Assembly: GCA_951406725.2 (NCBI GenBank)
Contig: OX597814.1
Span: 185,628,001 to 185,692,000 of the forward strand
From: Octopus vulgaris
Taxonomy: Eukaryota
Reading direction: 5' to 3'
DNA length: 64,000 nucleotides
The notes under the pieces are model-generated. The model ran no database searches. It had not been told where the DNA came from and saw only the letters and a program-made list of their open reading frames with translations. Position 1 is the stretch's first letter; each line of letters begins with the position of its first letter. Made by a program: the position numbers and the translations under genes. Below, one piece after another: positions 53,783-64,000 of the stretch.

Positions 53783-54848
53783 CTAACAGATATACAAAAA
53801 AGGCTTCTTTCAGTTTCTATCAACCAAATCCACTCATAAGTTTTGGCTCAAATTTAATATCTTGCAGAAGACACACACTCAAGATGTTGTGTGGTGGTAT
53901 TGAACCCAAAACCAGGTGGTCAGGAAGCAAACCCCTGGACCAAACACCCATTCCTGCCCCTGTACTTAAATATTGGTTTCAAATTTTGGCAGAAGCTCAG
54001 CAATTTTGTGAAGGGAATAAGACAATTACACCTCCCGCCAGTGTTCAACAAGTACTTATCTTATCGACACCAAAAGGATGAAAGGCAAAGTCAACCTTGG
54101 CAGAATTCGAACTCAGAACATACCTAAAAGAACCTTTTGGTCATGAATGACCATGAGATTGCACCTAAGTTCCTCTCCGAGGCACAAGTCCATGCAAGGT
54201 TGTTTATGAAAGATCAGTAGTCACCCATGCATACTAGCATCCATTCTCCATGCCACCGATGTTATCCAAGGGGAAGGCAAAGTCCAATACAGCTTGGAAT
54301 CAGTGATGTCGCAACTCATTTCTACAGCTGAGTGAACTGGAGCAACAGGAAATAAAGTGTCTTGCTCAAGAACACAACACACAGCCCAGTCTGGGAATCA
54401 AACTTACTATCTCAGGATTGTGAGCCTGACGCTAAGCCACCATACAAGGAGAAGCATTTTGCAGGATATTTTTTGTTCAGCTCTTTAATGAGTCTGACAT
54501 CCACAACTATAACATGACCAAAAAATAGTTGAACCAACTTGAACACATTAATTCTGTCTGAAGACTAACAAGAAAAAGTAGCCAAATCATCCTCAAATCA
54601 TCCATTGGAGAGGAAAATGGTAGATTAGATAATGTAGTTACTCTTTGTTCTTTTACTCTTTTACTTGTTTCAGTCATTTGACTGTGGTCATGCTGGAGCA
54701 CTGCCTTTAGTCGAGCAAATCGACCCCAGGACTTATTCTTTGGAAGCCTAGTACTTATTTTATTGGTCTCTTTTGCCGAACTGCTAAGTTACGGGGACGT
54801 AAACAGACCAGCATCAGTTGTCAAGTGACATTGGGAGGACAAACACAG

Positions 54849-54893
<45 letters not shown>

Positions 54894-55799
54894 GCTTCTT
54901 TCAGTTTCCGTCTACCAAATCCACTCACAATGCTTTGGTCGGCTCGAGGCTATAGTAGAAGACACTTGCCCAAGGTGCCACGCAGTGGAACTGAACCAAG
55001 AACCGTGTGGTTGGTAAGCAAGCTACTTACCACACAGCCACTCCTGCGCCTAGTTCTGGATAGTGATAAAAAAAAAAAAAAGTAGGGTGGTCCTATTTGG
55101 AATGTCTTTGATAGTAGGTCTTGTTCATAAGGGCTGACCAAGGGCTAATCAATAACAACAACAACAACAACAACAACAACCAAATAATGAGGTGATATGT
55201 ACTACACATTCTCCCTACCACATGTCTCTACATATGACACACCATTTAAAAGCAAGGGAAGAAAGAACATGCAATCATCGCAAATTAAATGAATAATACA
55301 ACATAGATTTAACTAATGATATTATTTTAAGCAGCTCATATTAAGATTTGAAAGAAAGATATTTCACAGAGTGCAACAGATTGTATGTGCAAGACAAGAT
55401 ATAAAATGCAGGACGCAGCATACAGAGAGAGAGTTAAGACGAAGAAAAACAATAATTTAGGTTGACAGGTGCAATTCACACATTATAATAAAAGCTTCCT
55501 ACATTGAAATAATAAATGGTTTTGTAATTAAAGATGATGTAAGAGATTGCAGTTTAGTTGTAGTAAATTATTAAACAGATGCACAATTAGTTTAGAAATA
55601 CATGGGTGCAAGACACGTTTATTGGATTTCAAAATGCTGCACAAAATTATATAGATTATAGGTGTAGGAGTGGCTGTGTGGTAAGTAGCTTGTTTATGAA
55701 CCGCATGGTTCTGGGTTCGGTCCCACTGCGTGGCACCTCGGGCAAGTGGCTTCTACTATAGCCTCGGGCCAACCAAAGCCTTGTGAATGGATTTGATCC

Positions 55800-56330
55800 A
55801 TGCCAAACAGTTATTTCCCGAGGTCAAAAACCCTTATGAACATGACATGCTTCAGTTCTTCTCTAATAACAAAAACTTTGACCAAAGCCAGAAGTCTAAC
55901 AAGAGGAATGACAGATGGTTGTGTGCAGGTCCTTCTGGTGTCCCCAGAGTGATACACACAAAGTTCCCAGCAAATGTGATGGCTCAGGACCAGTGGATTA
56001 TATAAGTCATGTCATGCCACTTCATATCTTTCTACAGGGTCTTAGCATTAATACTGCTGGATACATAGAAGGACTGGAGACAGTTGTTAAGCTCTGGATG
56101 GATTATGCATGCAGTGGAAGGCTATATGTGTTTCAACAAGACTTGTCTCCTTCTCACAAAGCCCATGTAACCCATGAATGAATGCCCAAATAATCATACA
56201 ATATACCAAATTCCAAACTCGTCAAATTTGATCCCATGGACTATTATGTTTAGAGCATTGATGACTGGGAAACTAACCAGCATCCTTACAATGCCATAGC
56301 ATCACTGAAGGTCACTCTTCTCCCAAATGA
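55800..56330 (+). pseudogene. Tc1/mariner-superfamily (maT/DD37D-like) transposase remnant
   Basis: FFSNNKNF...NKRNDRWL...TKFPANVM, HVMPLHIF...YIEGLETVVKLWM...YVFQQDLSPSH, then a degenerate PMDYYV; frameshifted. Confidence 0.75.
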
Positions 56331-56484
56331 ATAAGAATCATCATCATCATTATCATCATCATCATCGTTTAACGTCTGCTTTCCATGCTGGCATGGGTTG
56401 AACGATTTGACTGAGGACTGGTGAACCAGATGGCTGCAACAGGCTCTGATCACTTAGTATTATATAAAAGTGTGTGTGTGTGTG

Positions 56485-56604
<120 letters not shown>

Positions 56605-57003
56605 AATGTATGTCATTATTCAATTTTATTTCAAGATTTCTTGCCAATAGAGAAAGAGCTGGATTCTAGCCTAGATCCAAGAGACTTCTTCATTGGAATT
56701 TCAACATTGACAGGGTATTTTTATATGTATGTATGTACATGTGCAGATTTGTATGTTTTGTTGAATGTATTCTAATACATATATGTATGTATATTATGCA
56801 TGTATGTATGTATGTATGTATGTATGTATGTATGTATGTATGTATGTATGTATGTATGTATGCTCCAAAGTGTAGACTATGGTTTGTGCCTAGGTACCTG
56901 AAATTTTACATTTGGATACATGTTTTCAGGGCGAAGCTCATGTGACTTTTTCTGATATTTCCTGACAAGAAGAATATGTATATAAATACACACACACTCA
57001 CAC

Positions 57004-57057
<54 letters not shown>

Positions 57058-60000
57058 ACTAATATATATATATAAGGAATTACTTGGATGTTATAAACTC
57101 TGAATGAATCAATATTCCTAGACCAACCGAAGATTGTCAGTGTCTGTTTAAAATATAGTGAATATTCATGTGATTGTATTTATTTTAAGTATTAATAAAC
57201 CTGAGCAATCTGGGTACTGCTGCTACTACTTTATAAGCTACAAAACAACAACAACAACAATGATGCTATCACCACCACCACCACCACCATCATCACCACT
57301 ACATACAGTCACTTCTTTTAAAAGCATTTTCTATATTTTTCTCTAGTAGCTGACTTGGAGGTTTTGTCAGTTTGTCTCTACGTCAGCTAACTTAAGTCTG
57401 TCTCCAAATAATAATATACCGGTACTTGTACGCTAGATGTGTGGTGTACATTAGTATTAATACTTTGAATAATCAATATTACATCTCAATCACCAAGTAT
57501 TCAGTGCATACACACATACACACATATACACACACTCACACACACACACACACATGTACACATACACACATACAGACACACACACACATATGTACATATG
57601 CACTCAAACACATCCTTCAAACATTTATTCATTCTGGTTCTTCTACATACCCATTACATAACCATTTTCTCTCTTCTGCTCACATATTCAGTGACACTAT
57701 GAAAAAGATCAACTATAAGGCGTAGGAGTGGCTGTGTGGTAAGTATTTTGCTTACCAACCACATGGTTCCGGGTTCAGTTCTACTGCATGGCATCTAGGA
57801 CAAGTGTCTTCTACTATAGCCTCAGGCCAACCAAAGCCTTGTGAGTGGATTTGGTAGACAGAAACTGAAAGAAGCCCATCATATATAAGTATTTGTACAT
57901 GTATGTGTATGTATATGTTTGTGTGTTTGTACCCCCACCATCACTTGACAACTGATGCTGGTGTGTTTACACCCTCATAACCTAGCAGTGCAGTGAAAGA
58001 GGCCGATAGACTCAGTACTAGGCTTACAAAGTATAAGTCCTGGGGTCAGTGTGCTTGACTAAAGGCAGTGCACCAGCATGGCCACAGTCAAATGACTGAA
58101 ACATTTAAAAGAATAAAAGAATATATATATATGTATACATTTGTGTGTCTGTGTTTGTCTCTCCACCATCGCTTGACAACTGATGCTGGTGATTTTATGC
58201 CCCCATAACTTAGTGATTTCGCAAAAGAGACCAATAGAATAAGTACTAGGCTTACAAAGAATAAGTTCTGGAGTCGGTTTGTTCAACTGAAGGTGATGCT
58301 CCAGCATGGCCACAATCAAATGACTGAAACAAGTAAAAGAGTAAAAGAGTAAAGAGCATATGTGTTTGTGTGTGTGCATGTGTGTGTGTATGTATGTGTC
58401 TTTGTGTCTGTGTCTATCCCCTGACTCCACTTGACAACCAGTGTGTGTTTACATCCCCATTAACTTAACAATTCGTCAAAAGATACTGATAGAATAAGTA
58501 CCAGGCCTTAAAAAAAAACTACTTGGGGCGATTCATTTGACTAAAACAAATTGCTCAAGGTGGTGCCCCAGCATGGCCACAGCCTAATAACTGAAACAAC
58601 TAAAAATTAAATGATAAAAGAAACTGGATAATGTCTGCAAGAGAAAAGACAGGATGGTCACAGCCAGAGCACTTCTTTTCATAGATCTGCTCAATCAGAA
58701 TTGATTACAGGCATGTCAATCTTGGGGTTAAAATGACAACACATCAACAACTAGGAACCTCACCATGGTCATTCAAGTTGCTAGAAATAGTAGCTATTTC
58801 TCAAATAACACTGTACTGACCTAAAAAGAAAATTACATGTGGATTCGAGCAAGGTTGTTGCCAGTACTGCCTGACTGGCCCCCATGCCGGTGGCACGTAA
58901 AAAGCACCCACTACACTCTCGGAGTAGTTGATGTTAGGAAGGACATCCAGCTGTAGAAACTCTGCCAGATCAAGATTGGAGCCTGGTGCAGCCATCTGGT
59001 TCGCCAGCCCTCAGTCAAAATCGTCCAACCCATGCCAGCATGAAAAGCAGATGTTAAACGATGATGATGATCATCGTCACCATTTAACATCCATTTACCA
59101 TGCTGGTATGGGTTGGACGGCTTGACAGGAGCTGGTGAGCCAGAGGCCCATGTCAAGAGCCACTGTCTGCTTTAGTATGATTTCTTCAACAGGATTCCCT
59201 TCTTAATGCCAACTATTTTACAGATGATACAGGGTGCTTTCTGAGTGGCACCTGCACAGGTGAAATCACTAGATGACTCACAAGACAAGACCCCTTTCAA
59301 CTGAGCAGGGCGTAGTATTGAGGAAGATGGCACTGTGCCATATTATGAGAAGTTGAGAAGTTAATTCATGAATAATCAAGAGACAGAACCAGGTGTGTTG
59401 CTATGAAAGAGGTACATGGCTGTCTGATATATTCTTTCATTTTAGGACACAACAGTGTAATTTGAGAGAGATTTGGCTGTTATTTCTAGCAGATCTAGTA
59501 ACCACACACAGACTCAACTGGCTTGGTAATGTGTCATTTTGTTATTATTATTATTATTGTTGTTGTTGTTGTTGTTACCATTTCTGTTTGTGTTTCATCT
59601 GTGACTGCAGCGGCAACAAACATCTGCATATTTGTCTCGTGATTTTTAATCAGGAATATTATAGCATCAGCACTGGTCAATTTAATTCATTAATTATGTG
59701 CAATGAAGAATGACTAACGAACAGGTTAGCAAAAGCTGTAGAAATTAATTAAAGAGGATTTCTAACACAAACACAAGGTCACAAATTTTTGAGGAAAAAA
59801 AATCACAAGCGATCAGGTAGACACCGCCACAGCCACCACCACTATGGCCACCACCACCACCACCACCACCACCATCGCCACAATCTTCACTGCCACTTGC
59901 CCTAGATTTTAATATATTTTGCCAAGCCTAAAGAAATGGAAAGCAAAACCCACCTTGATAGGATTTGAACTCAGAGTGTGAAGTGATGCAATTAAATAAA

Positions 60001-60179
60001 TACTGCAAAGTACAAGGATGGCTGTGTGGTTAAGAAGTTCACTTTCCCAGCTATACGAGTTTGGGTTCAGTCCTGCTGCATGGCACCTTGGGCAAGCATC
60101 TTCTACTATAGCTCTGAGCTGACCAATGCCTTATGAGTGAATTTCATAGATGGAAACTGTGTGGAAACCTGTCATGTAA

Positions 60180-60214
<35 letters not shown>

Positions 60215-60504
60215 ATCATCGTCATCATCATCAGCATCATTTAACATCTGCTTTCCATGCTAGCATGGGTTGGACAATTTGACTGAGGACTGGCGAACCA
60301 GATGTCTGCACCAAGGTCCAATCTTTTCTACAGCTGGATACCCTTCCTAACGCCAACCACTCTGAGAGTGTAGTGGGTGCTTTTTATGTACTACCAACAT
60401 AGGAACCAGCCAGGGCGGGGGAGGGGGCTGGCATCAACTACGTTCAGATAGTGCTTTTTACATACCACCAGCACAGGGAGCCAGTCAGGTGACACTGGAA
60501 ACAT

Positions 60505-60580
<76 letters not shown>

Positions 60581-60828
60581 TATATATATGTGTGTGTGTG
60601 TGTCTGTGTGTACATATATATGCTTCCTCTGGCACGTAAAAAGCACCCACTACACTCACGGAGTAGTTGGCGTTAGGAAAGGCATCCAGCTGTAGAGACA
60701 CTGCCAGATCAGACTGGAGCCTGGTGCAGCCTCCTGGCTTCCCAGACCCCAATCGAACCATCCAACCCATGCTAGCATGGAAAATGAACGTTAAACGCTG
60801 ATGATGATAATGATGATGATGATGTATG

Positions 60829-60864
<36 letters not shown>

Positions 60865-61519
60865 TGCTTTTTTTTTCAGTTATAATCTTTTCTACAATAG
60901 GCACAATTTGGTGGGAGTGGACTAGCCAATTACATTGACCCTGGTGTTTCACTAGTACTTAATTTATCAACCTTCAAAAGAATGAAAGGCAAAGTCGACC
61001 GCAGCAAAATTTGAACTTAGAACATAACGACGGGCAAAATATCATTAAGTATTTTGCTCAGTGTGCTAGCAATTCTGCTAGCTTGCCACGTTTGTTTAGT
61101 CATAATAAAAACAATTTTACATTAATCTGATGGGTTGGATCACATTATACTTTTGTTGAGTACAAATTTATTATTCTTCAACAAGAACATCGTTGGGATA
61201 AGGGGTGTTTGTGCTGTGTTTGTGTTTGTCAACCACTACCACTTGACAACTGGTGTTGCTTTGTTTACATCCCTGTAACTTAGGAGTTTAGCAAAAGAGA
61301 TCAATTGAATTAATAGGAAGCCTAAGAATAAGTACTGGGGTTGTTGATTTGTTTGAGTAAATCCTTCGAGTCAGTACCTCAGCATGGCCACAATCCAGTA
61401 ACTAAAACAAGTAAAAGAAAAATGACAAAGGATAAAAGGGAGAAAGAGAAGAAAAACAATGAAGGGCTGGGAGAGCAGAAGAAAGTGAAAAAGAGAAAAA
61501 AAAGGAAGAGGAAATGGTA

Positions 61520-61800
61520 AAAGTTCAGTGTCTTGAGATCAGATCTCACCACCTTTTTCCATGATTTCTTTAATCTTCCCCTTCTGCAGTTTTTTTTTTT
61601 CAGTTGAGTCCCTTGACATTTCTGTAGCCTACTGTTGTCCTCCATTCACATCACCACATTTCCATACATCTCAGCTTTTTCTCCAACATACTACATCTGA
61701 TATCTGTTATGTACCCAGATTTTCTCACGGCTCATTTGTGCTTTTTGGTTCATGGTGACTAACATTATGCATCCAGTGGAGCATGCACACCTTTTTTTCT
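61520..61800 (-). mobile_element. Older RTE LINE C-terminal fragment
   Basis: MEDNSRLQKC...CRRGRLKKSWKKVVRSDLKTLN matches the RTE GRP..W...V..DL motif. Confidence 0.65.
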
Positions 61801-61919
61801 TCTTTCTAGCCTTCAAACAGCCAGTCAATGCCCATGCTTAAGTTGGATATACTGTAGGGAATAAATAACACAAAGCAATCTATCAGACATTCTAGAAACT
61901 CTGCTGATTCACAACCTCA

Positions 61920-63140
61920 ACTGCTGCCCCTTTTTCTTCTATAGGCATAAAATGTGAAAATTTGGAGAAGGGGGCTAAATAAACTATTGCATCAGACCCT
62001 GTACTTATTTTATCAATTGTGAAAGAATGACTCTATGTTATTAACATCTGAAAGGTGAAAGGCAGGATTTGAACTCAGAACCCACAAGGTGTTTTGTCAA
62101 GCACTCAGACAATTCAACCTGGCATGAGACCACACACTTTGTAGAGAAAACTGTTGATTAATTCACTGTTTTAACAACAGCCCTTTAAATAATTGTTTCT
62201 ACTATAGGAATAAGGTATGAAATTTGGAGAAAGTGCTAAACTATTGCAACAATCCCTGTGTGTGATTGGTACTTATTTTATCAACTGTGAAAGAATAAAA
62301 GGCAAAGTTGACTTTAGTTGTATTTGAACTCAGAATGTCAAGCTGGAAGAAATGCTGCTGAGCATTTTGTCCGGTGGGCTAAGGATTCTGCCAGATTTGC
62401 CAGCTTTGCTTTTGTTCTAATAAAAATATTTACTATTGATGTAGACTCAAAGCCTGAAATGTGGTGAGAAAAAGGTTAGTCAATAAATCCACTATACAAC
62501 TGGGCTGATACTCTATGTTATCGACCTCTGAAGAGTAAAAGGCAGGATTTGAACTCAGAACATTAAGAGCCATAACATATACCACAAGGTATTTTGTCAA
62601 GCACTCAAACAATTCAATTTGGTAGAAGACCACATAATTTGTCGAGAAAAACCATTCATTAATTCACTATCTTAACTACAGCCCCTTTTCTAATCCTTTC
62701 TACTATAGGAATAAGGCATGAAATTTTTGGGGAAAAGGACTAACCTTTAGCATCAATCCTTGATCTTATGTTATTGGCTCTGAAAAAATAAAAGACAAAA
62801 AGTCTACTTTGGTAGCATTCGAACTCAAAACACAAAGCTAGAAGAAATTCTGCTAAGCATTTTGTCTGGTGTGCTAACAACTCTGCCAGCTTGCAGCTTT
62901 TGCTCTTTGTTATAATAAGAACATTTGCTTCTGATGTAGATATAAAGCCAAAAATGAGGCAAGGAAGTAGTCAATTAAATTAAACTATACAACTGGACTG
63001 ATACTCAATGTTTATTAACCTCTGAAAGGGGAAAGGCGGGATTTGAATTCAGAATGTAAAGAGCTATAACATTGTATTTTTTCAAGCACTCAAACAATTG
63101 GTATAAGGCCACACATTTAGTAGAGAAAACTGTTCATTAA
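61920..63140. repeat. Diverged tandem triplication (~480-500 bp unit made of two SINE B-like relics)
   Basis: aaaggc(a/g)ggatttgaa.tcagaa...tcaagcactca.acaatt...gagaaaa recurs at ~62060, ~62540 and ~63030. Confidence 0.8.
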
Positions 63141-63361
63141 CCCTTTCATTACCAATTCGGCTGAAACCGGCTCTGGCTCTGAGTACAAATGTCTTGCTTT
63201 ACATAAGTTTTGAATTAAAATCTTCCACCAAACCATAGTCACAATTCATGTTCCTATCACTAACTGAATGATAACTAAGATATTTTACTAAATTCTTTGT
63301 TTTATTTAAAGTAATTGAAAGAAACACAGAGCATCTCAAAATAAATATAGTAATGAGTGCG
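63141..63361 (+). mobile_element. piggyBac-like MITE family 1
   Basis: TTAA on both flanks; right TIR decayed. Confidence 0.85.
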
Positions 63362-64000
63362 TTAAATGGTTATGTAGTCCATTCATCAATCATCCTCATC
63401 ATCCTTTAACATCCATTTTCCATGCTGGCATGGGTTGGACAGCTTGACAGGAACTGACAAGGCTAGGGACCACACCTAGTTCCATGGTCTGGATGCCCTT
63501 CCTAATGCCAACCACTTTATACAGTGTACCGGGTGCTTTTTACATAGCACCAGTGCTTTTTATGTGGCACTATCACCATTGTATTTTTAGGTGGCACTGG
63601 CAACCCACCAATACTTTTTACATGGCCCCTTGGTTTTAGGAACTTGTGAAGGGCAGATCTTCTTGCATACAGCAATGCACCACATATCTCAGTTCTATGT
63701 CACCTACTTTGTAAGGCTCAACATTCTGAGATCAACCATTACTTATTTTTAATGTAAAGTACTGTAAAGTACTAACTGAAATTAGTAAAAAAAGTAGTTG
63801 CATTACAACAATAAAAGGAAGCAAGTTACAACTACCGTGTCCATGATTTGAACCAGAGATCTATAGCTACACTATTTTCATTGTTCATAATTTAATCAAT
63901 GGAAGAGGGAGAGCAGCAGCCATTGTTTCTTTAGGGAGCCTCACAGATGGACAACACTATTGTTGCTTTTATTGTTATTGTTGTTGACTGAGTAGATTTG

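Overview
AT-rich, repeat-saturated animal genomic DNA, essentially intronic or intergenic. The repeat families look like those I recall from octopus (coleoid cephalopod); this assignment is from memory, not a search. Almost every ORF in the track is a translated microsatellite. The real content is: several tRNA-derived SINE families (CORE-like and Meta-like); decayed LINEs (RTE/BovB-like, Tx1/L1-like, and two R4/Dong-like families sitting in microsatellites); decayed Tc1, mariner and maT-like transposases; piggyBac-, hAT- and Merlin-type MITEs; and one plausible terminal host exon (minus strand, ~6.3-6.6 kb). The most notable signal is a set of about nine type I hammerhead-ribozyme motifs, some intact and some decayed, in at least six unrelated sequence contexts. 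Five cluster at 41.6-43.7 kb in Penelope/retrozyme-like inverted and partial-tandem structures. Two lie in a SINE-like family whose complete copy has a tRNA-derived Pol III head. All folding and alignment was done by eye, and element boundaries are approximate unless TIRs or TSDs are quoted.
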